Notes: a model not told the origin generated them from the letters alone. A stretch of 64,000 nucleotides of DNA from Strigamia acuminata (GCA_949358305.1 OX442314.1:4526001-4590000); one strand, 5' to 3'. Counted from the stretch's first letter, positions 11,250-23,959 are shown. Made by a program: numbers and translations.

Positions 11250-12130
11250 TCACCAGCCGGTACACAAGCGGGTGAAGACATGCCAGGCGCAGCTGCTACG
11301 GTCCCAGCCACAGCAGAGACAACTGCTGACTCTGCTGCTCTCAGAATTCATCACTGTGACGCTCAGTAGCAGGAAGATGTGCCTGCTGCAGCCTCCATGA
11401 GCGGCTACATGGGTCGTAAAGGTGAGTACAAAAGAAGGTTCGTCCATCGCAACCGACCACGTCACCCATGGGGCTCCCACCCTGTGTGTGACGGGTCAGA
11501 CGCTGGTGTAGCGTGCCTAACGGCACTCCCACACAGTAAGATAGGTGATGTGACGGGTCATCGCTCTCACGGCAATCTGGGGATTGACTACCGTGGGTGG
11601 GATTGACTCTCACATAAATAATGGAGAGAGGGACTCCGGATTGTTGGGTTTTGGCCTTTAATCCGTTGACTAGGGATCGGAGTGCCCATCACCTGTGTCT
11701 TGGTCATTAGGCCTACCTCAACTACAACCGGCCCGTCATCCACAGGGCGATTAGCCCCTGAATGACGTGGTCGGTTGGCATAACTCATTCTGCTGCGGTA
11801 TATACTTACTTCATCCCATGTAGCCGCTCATGGAGGCTGCAATAGGGTCATCTCCCTATGACTGAGTGTCACAGTGGTGAATGGGAGAAGAGCAGAGTCA
11901 ACTGGGGCACTGCACTGCCCAGGCTGGCTAAGGGAACTCTCTAGCACACGTCCTTCTCTGTGCTGTCCAAACTCTCTCTCTCGACTCAATGCTCCTCCTC
12001 CCACACCACTCAGCTCCTTCCTTCCCCACTGGGTCAGCCCTACTCGTTAGAGGGGGTAACCAGGGGCCAGAGAGCAGTGTGTGGAGTGACGTGGGTTGCC
12101 GTGGGTGACCACAGCGCAAAACGGTCACAG
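11250..12130. repeat. Two oppositely oriented copies of a GC-rich LTR-like repeat related to 19416-19807
   Basis: ~11300-11570 is reverse-complement homologous and ~11620-11900 is directly homologous to 19495-19790 (e.g. CCCATGTAGCCGCT, GTCACAGTGGTGAATGG). Confidence 0.6.
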
Positions 12131-13630
12131 CTTCTACTATCTGCAGGCATATGAAAACCTGCAACCAGCAGTATTCTGGGCGGGTTGATGGAGCAATACC
12201 TTCCTGGCTGGGTGCACTGTTGACGGTTGTGTGACCGTGAGGAGACTACGCCGGGCTTGTGGGTATGAACCTCGGGTATGGTAAACTTCATCATGTGTTC
12301 AACATGTTCCATGTCCTGTAAGCCAAGGCTGCCGACAAGCTTGGTGAAAAAGGCTATGACCTGCTGACCTTTGTCTCCTTTTCTAGAAATATCTCAAGTT
12401 GAATTTACTAATGATTTTATTAGTAATTTTCACTCAAAGATGACCAATACACGGAAAACAGAATTAATTTGTTGCAATAAATTATCAGTAATTTATTCAC
12501 AAATAATTATAAATAAGAAGTACAATTTTCCTCTGTAGCAAATTGTAAGAAATTTGCTCAAATTGTGAAACACGGTATAAATTGTGCGCAATTTATACTT
12601 TGTATTGTTACACGATAAATCGCACGCGTATTATTTGTGTATCACACACCAACCATTTCAACCAATTTAAGATATAAATTCCACGAAATTTATCTATGGT
12701 CATTGTTTGATAACTAAAAAGTACTTATTAACCTCAATGACAAAATCTGGTTGTGGCGATGCAGAAAAGCCAATCGTATGCCTGGGATACCAATAATTAA
12801 CCATTACACACTTTTGGAACCACAGAACCAAGAACCAAGGAACCGACTTCGATTAGACCAATCTAGATGACGTCTGTTAATTCTAGAAATATGGAAGTCA
12901 TGAACTCCCTTATTTACGGAAGGAAGAAAGACCTGATATTATCACAGGGCTTCCTGCCAAAAGATTGTATAGTTTAACTTGTAGTAATTTTAGCCATTTG
13001 TCGGCTTTGTATTTGTTTAACTTTAGTCACATGTATTGACAATAAATGTTAATGTATTGAGAAACCAACGACTACCTTCTTTTTATCTCACTCACAGTTC
13101 ACTTGATTTTAGCTAACCAACTATCTCGCACGCAATTTTATAGGTGACATTTTAGTTGCAGTTACGAAATCGTCACAATGTTATAATGTTATTTTGCATT
13201 GGTTTTTCTCATAAAGGCAGAGGGGGCAACCATTGTTATAATCACTTGATCGGATCACCTGACCTCATTTTTCCAAAGGTCTATTGGCCTTACTGGCGCA
13301 TTATTGAATTTTTGCACCCGGAGACATGACCCCTAAAATGCATCAAAGCTAAACAAACTTTCTTGAAAAATATTTCAAAGCAATGTTTACTCTCATTTCG
13401 TGAAAGGTAAATCAACACGCGACAAGTAAGAAATGTGTGTACTTTGCCACATTTAGTCAATATCTTAATTCAACAAACTCCCTCCACATCAAAAGCTTTA
13501 GAAAATGATTAAAAACGATGAAAAACGCTATTGAAATCTCTCTCATTCATTTCACTGATGTTGACAGCGTGCTATGTATTTCAACATTGAAAACGTTTAA
13601 ATTATTCCTTTTTTCCATTCATTCTGTGTA

Positions 13631-13851
13631 CAATCGTGGGCAAAAGTATCACCTTTTTCCTATGCTTTTTGTTATGACGAGGTGTACTTTTAAACAGTGT
13701 CGTCACGCCTCTCTGTAGCAATGACACTTATTATCGTTTTTCTAAACAACACAGCGTGTATGCAGTGAAGAATAAATAGAAGAAATGTTTTAAATCAATT
13801 CACAAACGTGCACAAGTGGTAGCAGACGGGGCAATTTTTTGTCCACGATTG
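13631..13851. mobile_element. Tc1/mariner-type MITE
   Basis: TA-flanked TIR CAATCGTGGGCAAAA / TTTTGTCCACGATTG. Confidence 0.65.
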
Positions 13852-14301
13852 TACACACTGGGACAGTGACTGCATTCAGATATTAGCTCTTCATACAATG
13901 TTAAATATTAAAGAGTAAATATTGAAATTGAAACATTTTTTCCTTAGTCTCTTGAGCCGATGACTCCTTCTAAAATCTTTGTAGCTGATACGACGTTGGC
14001 ATCAGTCAGAGACAGTAAGCTGCAGGCTTAACCATTTGTATACATGACAATATTCTAAATCATAAGCCTCTTGCCTCTTGTGGATGAATGCGACCCGCTT
14101 ATACTGTCATCCTGAACGGTCGCGATTTCTAAGATAACAGGTAAGAAGATATTGGCATTTTTCTCGTAAACGCAGTTAATATAAAGACAATCCGGAATGG
14201 GAATAATATTCAAAGCTTTAAAGAGGTTGCTTTTTTCGGGATGGATTTAATTTCATGTGTCAGCCATCAGGTAGCAGGTGTCCGTATTCGATATCGATAT
14301 A

Positions 14302-14713
14302 CTCTGGCTCACCATTAGAAGCACACCAGTTCCTATTGGCCGAGCCTATTCACTAGTGTAGGGCTACATAAAAGTAGGCTAAAATACAAACGCTTGAGTT
14401 ACGGGAAGCTATTTTGTGTCCAGACTAAACAATCAATCATACGAACATTGTCATAGCAACCAATAAACTTAACGAACTGAACAATCATGTATTTAGAAAA
14501 AGTAACAGCATAAAATATTGCTTCCAGACTTTTTAAAACATTATATTATTAAATATAAGTAAATTTACATCATTTCAAACACCTAAAATAATCAAACTAA
14601 TTAAAATCACAACAAACCTACTTTTCCTGATGGAAGTATACTGTACAGGCAATAGTTAGGAGTAAACAGGCTCGGCCAATAGGAACTGGTGTGCTTCTAA
14701 CGGTGAGCCAGAG
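14302..14713. mobile_element. TA-flanked MITE with ~47-bp TIR
   Basis: CTCTGGCTCACCATTAGAAGCACACCAGTTCCTATTGGCCGAGCCT and its near-perfect inverse at ~14668-14713. Confidence 0.75.
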
Positions 14714-14940
14714 TATAGTAGATATTCTGTATTTCTTCAATTTTGAATCATACCAGGAATCCTCGCGTTATTGGTGATTGAAATTGATTTTTCAAAATAT
14801 TTACCGATTTTCACCAATTTTTTTTTTACCACAAATTTTATTTGATTTCAGGTTTGTAAAATCCTTGATACACATTTGTTGTGCGAAAAACCCTAACTAT
14901 GAAAAGGAACAAAAAACTACGTCCGACAATTCATCAATTA

Positions 14941-17900
14941 ATGAGAGAAGATGGGAACAAACCGAGCTGCGGTTTAACTGGTTTAAATGATTTCATTAAC
15001 AGAAAACGACGTCGGAGCACGATTCACTCTTTATGGCTTCTTTTGTTATTATTTTGCACATGCATTCTCACTTATCAGACATACAATAGAGTAATGCATT
15101 ACTTAAGTTATCCTACGGTTGATGTATCGAGTAGATCGGATGACATCGTTTTACCAAACATAGCGATCTGCAGTACGAATACAAAAGAAATGGCCAGGCT
15201 TTGGAATAAGAGTAGTGGATTAGACAAATCAGGTCGAATTAATCCATTCCATTGCACAAACATGATGAAAACTCTGATGGCAAGCCCAACCTACAAAATG
15301 GACGAAGTTTGGAAAGCAACTAATTTGACACCAGAAATAGTGAGCATCAAATTGAAAGTAAAAGAAAAGCAAAAATCCAAAATTATCGTGAAGAATAAAA
15401 TCTAATCATTTATTCTTCTGCAGGGATATTCAACCAAAAGCTTTGTCCAGAAGGAAATGGACACATCATTTGGAATATGCTCAGCATTTCGATTTGGTAA
15501 GTGCCTTGCTGCGTTCGCTTCACTGCGTGACCCATGAACTGAATATTGTTAATCTTTGGCGCTGTTTTTTCAGCGTCTTGTATGTTTAATTTACGCAAAT
15601 AAAATCACTCGTAATTTTACTGTAACATTCGTCATCCGCTATCGTGAAATTGCATCGAGTACGAAACGTACTATGCCTAAAAGTAAAATAATCTTTTTTC
15701 CACTGTGTTTAGATAAGAATTCTACTAAATCGTTTGTTGGAAAACTACTAACAGTGGATTTTGAAAAGTTTTATCCAAACATCTGCCCAGGATCTTTTTA
15801 CATGGTGATATAAAAACAATTACAATCCAATAGCAACGAGAGAAACAAAATTGCTTTTCTTTTTTTCACTTCTAGATTAGGCTATCAATGTATAATTTTG
15901 GAAACGCATACTTCACTACATATAAACACACTGGTACAACAGTGAAAATAAATTTGAGTTATGACAAAGTAACATTTAAACTTGATTAAAATGAAACAAC
16001 TCTTCTAAGTCTCCTTTATATTTCAGTATGTGTTTCTCAATTCATCGAAACACCTGTGCTCTGGTGAAAATGAATACAGAGATTGTTATCAAAAGTGCTT
16101 GTTCAAAAGATTAGAAAACAATCTAACATGCAGGTAAAAGCAATTTTTTCTAACTAACCCAAGAAATGACATTTTATGACAAATTTGTTTAATTTACTAA
16201 CAAACGATGCTAAACGTTTTTGGTAAATCAAATAACTTAAGCACTGCACTTTTGCTCAAAAGCAAAGCCACTGAACAAAACCATCATAATTTCATTAAAT
16301 TCTTTTTTTTTTCTTAAGATTTCCTTTTCTGAAGATGAATTTACCTCTCTGTGAATGTTCAGATGCTATACACGATCAATACGGCATAGTCAATAAACTA
16401 ATTGATACCACAGACCCAATTACTACTTGTGCTTGTCGACCTCCATGTCAACAAATGGCTTTTACACCCTACACAGACTCCGGCAAAGCAGATAATGAAA
16501 AAATATTGTCTTTGACTTTAGCACTAACCAATGATAAAATCACCTTGTATGAAGAGCGGTTCACTTACGACATTATTGCTTTACTATCTGATTTAGGCGG
16601 CAATTTGGGACTATTTCTCGGCCTATCGTTAGTTTCATTACCTGAAATCACATGGTATTTATATTTTGTTGTAACAACTAAACGCAAAACTACCAACCTT
16701 GATAAGATTCGACGACTCTATGAGAAATCCAAGATTGAAGTCACTGAGAGTGAAGAGAAAATCAAAACTAACGGAGTTTTAAGAAAGCTAAAGTTGCTGC
16801 TGGTTGTAATTAGTGCAGGATTCACTCTATACTTGTTGCAAAGTCGTTTAAACTACTATCTGGAAGAACCTATATCAAAAATCATTATCATAGATCAACG
16901 GCGCTACATAGAGTTCCCATCCGTCACACTCTGTGGTGAAAATCGCAGTGATGAGATGGAACGAGCCAGATTGCAGTTACTCAAACAGACAAACAAAACT
17001 TGCAATGACATATCACCGTGGGAATTGGTCAACAATAAATTGTCATTAGAAGATATTTGGAAAACCCTAAATATTCATCAAACAATGAGTGCTAAGGACA
17101 TGGTCAGCAAGGTATACAGATTTTAAAAACATACACTACAAAATGTATAAAATATATATTTACAGCATCAGACTGGATACACAACAATACTAGACATAGC
17201 AACGAGTCTCGTCCCACTTCCATTTGGTTATTGTTCACAAGTTAACACAGGTAATTCACATGGAAATGTAATCAGGTCAACAGAATATGACTATACAACT
17301 CCTTGCCAAAAAAATGTCATATCTCTATTTTTGGAACTTTTAATATTTGAAATTTCTCAGAAACTATTTTTCACAAGTAAAAATGGTTTTAGGAGGATTT
17401 AAAGGAATGTTAGAGCTATCATTTCGTTAAAAGTTTTTTGAAAAAAAATGAATAGTTGAAGAGAAAAAAATTAAAAACTCCAAAAAGTGACTATTTACAA
17501 TATTTCTCATAACTTGTGAGCAGAATAAGATAAAATTAAAAACTAAACAGATTTGAGACTGTTTATATCCCAGGGAACTTTTCTAAATTGGATGTATAGA
17601 TCTCCAAGGCCCTCAAAAAAGGCGTAATGGAGCTACGTAAATGGGTAGACAACCACTATTTTTCGAAAAATCGTGGTGAGCACAACTGTTGACGAATCAA
17701 GTCATAACTATAACATGTTTTCGTACGACCCAATAATGTTTCAATGCTAAAGTTCCGTTTCGATTCGTCAACAGTTGTGCTCGCCACAATTTTTCGAAAA
17801 CTAGTGGTTGTCTACCCCTTTACATAGCTCCATTACGCATTTTTTGAGGGCCTTGGAGATCCATACATCCAATTTAGAAAAGTTTCCTGGGATATAAACA

Positions 17901-20900
17901 GTCTCAAATCTGTTTAGTTTTTAATTTTATCTCATTCTGTTCACAAGTTATGAGAAATATTGTAAATAGTCACTTTTTGTAGTTTTTAATTTTTTTCTCT
18001 TCAACTATTTATTTTTTTTCAAAAAACCTTAAAAGGAAATGAAGCTCTAATAATCCTTTAAATCCTCCTAAAACCATTTTTACTTGTGAGAAATAGTTTC
18101 TGAGAAATTTCAAATATTAAAAGTTTCAAAAATAGGGATATGATATTTTTTTGGCAAGGAGTTGTACTTCGTTTACATTAACTTACAACAAACTCCTATT
18201 GGTTGGCATATTTATTGGGTAAATTGAAAAATGGCTGTTGTGCTTGTGACAAACATTGTTATGCAACCCAAACAAATTTATTGACATTCCTACAACATAT
18301 GCTGAGAATTGCCTCCAGAATTAACAGTAGAGAGACATCGAACTAATCACTTATTTTTAGTTCCGTTTATTAATGATCTTACTAATTAATCATCTCCTTC
18401 TTACTGTTTAGGTATTACAAGCACAGTCAAAACTCTTTATAATGAATCGCGATATAATGAATTATACATATAACGAATTGTTAAAAATGACTTGGTTGGC
18501 CATTCATAGAACGCTATGTTAAATATATTTTCGATATAAAGATTTTTAATACAACAAATTATTCGTTATAACAAGCAAGTTTTTATGTACACTGTAATAC
18601 CCACAAGCCCTTGTTATAACGAATTTTCAAAACTGATCACATGACTCACAACATCCTATGCGTATATTTAGAACGCATTTAGAAGCCATCAATTGAAGCG
18701 GGTCCCTTGTGATTCGTTATAAGGAGTTTCGACCGTACTGTATTGGAGCCCAGATCACTAATGGAATACCATGCATACAATTATTTTATTTTTTTAAGAA
18801 ATAACGAACCATGTAACAGCAGATGTTACAATTGGTCTTGTGAAACCTTTTCCCCCAGCAGTTTGTGAACAACATCTATGGGTAATATCAAAATATACTT
18901 ATTTTAGAAAAATAGTTAATATCAAGCAAAAAAAATGTGCACGGATCTCAATGAATAAATCTGGATTTTGTAATTAGAACACCCACATTCTAATAAAGGA
19001 CTTACGAAAAATCTAAATGTTAGGCTGGCCCAAATTTTCTGGTGCAAAAGCGATATTATAATTAGGCAAAATAAGATCACGAGTAGACTACTTCGGCACT
19101 TCCCATTGGTCAAGAATTGATGATTTATGTTATTTCATACATCTAGCTGATGCTTTCAAATTCTAATTGTATAATAACCGAATTCTTTCTAAATCCAATT
19201 GTAAATATTTTCAGTTTTTTCTAAATAACCCAGAAGATCAAGTCAATATTTTAGCACCCATGTTTATTTCCTATGGCTCTATGACTGTATTAGGTCTTCG
19301 CATATCAAAGGTAACATTCAAAACAAACAAATTTAATGGCCAAAACCTACTTGAAAGGAAAAATATGATTTAAACTTTAATTGCTTTGTCTATGTACAGT
19401 CGTTGACAATAAAACTGTGACTGGGCTATGGTTTTACTCGCGCAGTATGGGGAGTTACTGAGCAGGAGGGACGGATACCCTCACGTAATTAACGAGACAG
19501 GAGACTCAGATTGTTGGGTTTGGCCTTTAATCAGTTGTCTAGCGGTTGGGTCACTTATCGTACTGTGTGTTGGTGCCAGTAGGCACGCTACACCGAAGTC
19601 CGACCCGTCACTCACAGGGCGGGAGCCCCATGAGTGACGTCGTCGGTCGCATTGGACGAACATTCTGTCGTACTCACCTGTACGACCCATGTAGCCGCTT
19701 ACGGTACTGCAGCAGTCATCTCGGATCTCCCACTAAGCGTCACAGTGGTGAATGGCGAGAGCAGCAGAGTTGGCAGTTGTCTCTGCCTGCGTCTCTGTGT
19801 GGTCACAGGACGGCCCCTAGAAATTTGTCCGGTTCTGAGAATGGCAAGGTAGGTCTGCATAACTCTCAAGTCTTAACAAATGTCACATATCCTGACTAGA
19901 TAGAGCAGTAAAAAAAAGTTTCCACATTTTTTCTGATCAATTGTCGGTCTAGTTGTGCACCACCAAGCATGTCCGGACGGTGCTGTGTACTGACCACTCA
20001 GGATGCAATGCATATTAAACCTACAAAATTAAAAAACTTAAACCATGATTATGTTATCAAACAGACCATTCGAAGAAATACGAAACTCAAGCCATGTGAG
20101 CAAAATAAAACTGCTTATTTCATGTGTCAAACTGCTTGCATGCAAAACAATTTATTTCACAGGATCAATTGCAGGTATTGTTGTAGTTCTTCTAGCAAAT
20201 GCTGATGATATTTGAGTGTAATCTAGTAAACATTCCTTCCTTCCAACAATACTGGTTCACACTTTCGTGTACGCTGCTGATTCGCAGCTGAAAATTACGT
20301 CACTTCCTGTGTAGATTCGGTTTTTCTGTGGATTTTGAAAATAGAAATATTTTCTATTGTTCTGGTGTTTAACCTAGTGGCAAAACACGAAATTACTCAC
20401 AATTTCAATTGCCAGCCGAGAGTAAGGGTCCAGTTTTTTTGAACACGAAACATCGTGTTGCTACAGAACTGACGTCTTTTTAGCTGCGTTTACGCAAGTT
20501 TGAACCAGCCTTTACATTAAGTATTCGAGACGTATTGCATGGCTACTTTTGCTATTCATCAATCTCTCCAGAAAGTCCTCCAGAAAACCAAAAACACTTT
20601 CATTTAAGGAAGTGACACCGCAAAACCAAACTAACACTCAAAACTCAACATTTTGCAGGCAGTTAGTATTTGTGAATTCAGTTTAATTAAACTGTGCTTG
20701 TTCCAGATTGCCATACATGTCTACACCAAATTTGCCATCTTGCAACACGACGGAAAACATTAATCGTGCCCGTTCCCAATATTTTCACAATTACAAATTT
20801 AATCAAAAAACATGCAAATGTAAACAACCCTGCAGAATTACTTATTACCAAGTCATCGAGCATGAAACTAAATTCAGAAATAATATGTACACATTTATCA

Positions 20901-21079
20901 AGCTTCGGCCAGTTAACAATTTCGACGAGACTACAATAGACGAGCTAATTTATCCAATATCTCACTTGTTAAGTGATGTCGGCAGCATTGTCGGATTAGC
21001 ATTCGGAATGTCAATACTTTCTTTGCACATTTATCTTTTAAAGATTTATAATTGGTTTTGCCTCAAACTGGATGGTTAA
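14941..21079 (+). CDS. Multi-exon DEG/ENaC (pickpocket/ASIC-like) sodium-channel gene with two tandem subunit repeats
   Basis: TM1 plus YLSYPT...LPNIAIC (from 14941); CACRPPC and TM2 LLSDLGGNLGLFLGLS, then a second TM1 and FPSVTLC in the same exon (~16319-17111); final exon 20707-21079 CKCKQPC...LLSDVGSIVGLAFGMS; small GT-AG exons at ~15424-15497, 15876-15968, 16027-16133, 17166-17250, 19216-19310, ~20065-20174 (boundaries approximate). Confidence 0.8.
17296..18164. mobile_element. Long palindromic (foldback) TA-flanked MITE in an ENaC intron
   Basis: TA|CAACTCCTTGCCAAAAAAA...TTTTTTTGGCAAGGAGTTG|TA; arms ~400 bp, nearly perfect. Confidence 0.85.
18424..18735. mobile_element. pogo/Tigger-like MITE (degenerate)
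   Basis: CAGTCAAAACTCTTTATAATGAATC ... GATTCGTTATAAGGAGTTTCGACCG imperfect TIR. Confidence 0.55.
19416..19807. repeat. Solo-LTR-like repeat in an intron
   Basis: TGTGAC...GTCACA inverted termini; homologues at 11250-12130; no clean TSD seen. Confidence 0.5.
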
Positions 21080-21095
21080 TTTGTCCAATCTAGGT

Positions 21096-22739
21096 TGTGA
21101 CGATTCTACTTTTGGGCCAATTTATTAGTCCTTTTAAGATAGATAATTCGGTTTATACAAGACGTTGCTAAGTTTAGCAACAACCTAACCGAGATAAGCT
21201 ACGGAAGCCTTTACAAACATGAATATGTGATCGAATAGAAATAACTTACAGTTTTAGTGTGACTTAACATATTTATTACTAAATATTAATGATAACAGTA
21301 AATGGGTTCTTGACGCGTGTAAACGGGCGGCATCAACTGGTTGAGGATCCGGGCGAAGCCAGAGGGATACGGCTGACTTTGCGGCATCGTCACAAATATC
21401 GCTACGGAGACGTATTTGGTCCGCAGCTCGAATATCTAAATATGCGAAGAGTCCTTCGCATTAATCGGAATATTCGGCAGAATATTCCATGTTCCAAATG
21501 AATAAAAGTAAAGTGATTAAAGTAATATAACAAATGAATTGTTATATAAATAATGATTGGGCGGGGACCGTCACGACAATTGAGAGAACGTCGCGGGAGT
21601 TGTTGAGACTCCATCCGCCAGCACGCCTTACGACGACAAGATCTCGTGATCAGGCGCCGAGTATTTAATTGTGTGCTTTAACTCGCTATCGGTGGTACCA
21701 ACCACCAGGTAAACATTTCTATGGACTTACCGGGTCTAAAAGATATTGCCAATACAGGATTACCAATGCCCGAGTAATTTGTTTAACATGATATATTTTA
21801 TATCATTCACGGGTTACTAACCCGGAGGGTACGATGGGGCGGGGACCGTCACGACGGTCGAGAGAACCATCGCGGGAGGATTTGACTCCTCCATCCGCCA
21901 GCATGCCTTACGATGACGGGATCAGCAGATCGAGCACCGGGTAAAATATTATTTGGCCACTGCCGTTGGATTACCATTATCCAGGTAGTTGTTTTAACGC
22001 AACATCTTTAGATATTACTCACGGGCTACCAACCCGGCGTGTCACCTGTACATTAAGCCTTTACCGACTTTTAACGAGCGGAAGGTCCAATCGTAGAAAG
22101 ACGGGAACCTGCGTGGGCTGTTTACAACAACCATCCTGCAGCGGACTGTGGCCAGTTAGCTGAGGGACCTACTTTCATTTAGCAAGGTCGTACTGTATAC
22201 GACCGTTATATTAAGCCACCGTACGAAGTCCTACTGTCCCGTAGAACAGCTGGCTAACGTTACGGGGCCATTTCATGCGAATGCATGTCTATTACCGGAG
22301 TTGGCCTTCCCGAAAAGGCCCTACAACAACAATAACAATAGTAATGAATACCGATTGTGGAGAGCTGAGGTGGCCTGATGTGTCGATAGAGAATAATGAA
22401 ATCAAACGATAACAATTCAACTACAGACAATATACAAGTTCAGTTATCAAAAATCAAGCCTGGGGGAAGTGGAAAACTGATGCTTATATAGTTCTGTAGA
22501 ACTACTAGATTGGCGTACGAATCGGCGGATTCGTGGGTCACTAGTCCGGACCTAATATATGACTATGTCCAGATGGGCCCAGTTGGGGTCCGGAAGGGTC
22601 CGATTGGTTCCCTTCGACAGGTAAGTAAAGTGGACATTGATTCGATAGAATCAACATCATCAAGTAATTAATACTTAATTTATATCGAATAAAATAGTTA
22701 TATTTTATTCACCGTGTCTAAATAATTATTTATCACACT
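21096..22739 (-). repeat. 3' LTR of Gypsy B, major part (continues at 44564-44655)
   Basis: Matches 55724-57381 except a 14-bp deletion (ACAGCCAATCAGCG) near 22515. Confidence 0.97.
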
Positions 22740-23270
22740 TGTTGTAGTAAAATATGAGATCTATGAATACGCATTTAAGATGCAATTCTTGATTTCTACC
22801 TCAAGGAGGGATTTAAAGGGATGAAGGAGGAAATCACCCGAGGCAAGGCCATGGGAAAGTGCATTAAATTATTCTGCTGTTTGAATTAAAGAGTTTTAAA
22901 AGGAAGTAGGTCATTGACTTCACCTGCTTCTATCACAACTGGTTTTTTTGGAACGTTTCATTTTACTGGAGGGAAAATGAATAAATGACGTGATTTGTTT
23001 ACATGTACTTTGTTGGCAAAATCACACATATTAACCATTTTTAGGAAAGTGGGAGGTAATTAAAGTGAAAGTGGGGGTAAATCGTATGGACTTCCAATGA
23101 CAGTGGGCAACATTTGCCATTGTTTAAAGTTTTCTGAGGGTATTGGAAGTGGGGGTTACGGCAAAATTAAAAGTGGGGGTAATTTTAAACGGTTTGTCTC
23201 GAGATGGTGAGTCGAATGCTATATTGCACGTATGGGTCAGGGTGTTTGATCACATGTTGAATCTGCACTT

Positions 23271-23689
23271 GGTGAAATTTTGGCTATGTCCAACACGCTT
23301 CATTGGTGAAATTTTGGCTATGTCCAACACGCTTTGTTGGTGAAATTTGGCTATGTCCAACACGCTTCGTTGGTGATATTTTGACTATGTTCCACAAGCT
23401 TGGTTTGATATTTCGGCTATGTTCCACAAGCTTGGTTTGATATTTCGGCTATGTTCCACAAGCTTGGTTTGATATTTCGGCTATGTTCCACAAGCTTGGT
23501 TTGATATTTTGACTATGTGCCACAAGCTTGGTTTGATATTTCGGCTATGTTCCACAAGCTTGGTTTGATATTTTGACTATGTCCATCACGCTTGGTTCGA
23601 TATTTTGACTAAGTTCCACAAGCTTGGTTTGATATTCCGGCTATGTCCATCACGCTTGGTTCGATATTTTGACTAAGTTCCACAAGCTT
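23271..23689. repeat. Subterminal minisatellite, ~13 copies of a ~32-bp unit
   Basis: TTTCGGCTATGTTCCACAAGCTTGGTTTGATA repeated head-to-tail with variants; no spacers. Confidence 0.9.
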
Positions 23690-23759
23690 CTATATTTATA
23701 TTTGTACTTATTTCTTATTTCATGTATTTATATTTGCAATTATTTCTTATTTTAATTAA

Positions 23760-23959
23760 AATTCAATTCATTTGTAAATAAATGTATTAAGATTTTTTAA
23801 TAAAAAAGTCAATTGAAATGTTTAATAGGAAATGTAAAATGTCTAATTCATTTCATTTACAAATAAATGTATTAAGAATTTTTACATTTCCTATTAAACA
23901 TTTCAATTGACTTTTTTATTAAAAAATCTTAATACATTTATCTGCAAATAAATTGAATT
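23760..23959. repeat. AT-rich inverted repeat (~80-bp arms)
   Basis: AATGTATTAAGATTTTTTAATAAAAAAGTCAATTGAAATGTTTAATAGGAAATGTAAAA and its inverse at ~23880-23940. Confidence 0.8.

Noticed and set aside
21289..22163. Identical small ORFs here and at 55917-56791
   Set aside because: They are duplicated only because they lie within the LTRs; no coding evidence
22360..22410. CTGATG...GAAA resembling a hammerhead core in the LTR
   Set aside because: Reads CTGATGTG rather than CTGANGA, and the flanking stems do not form
23271..23689. ~32-bp repeats with a palindromic core resembling a CRISPR array
   Set aside because: Units are contiguous with no unique spacers, there are no cas genes, and the context is eukaryotic; it is a minisatellite
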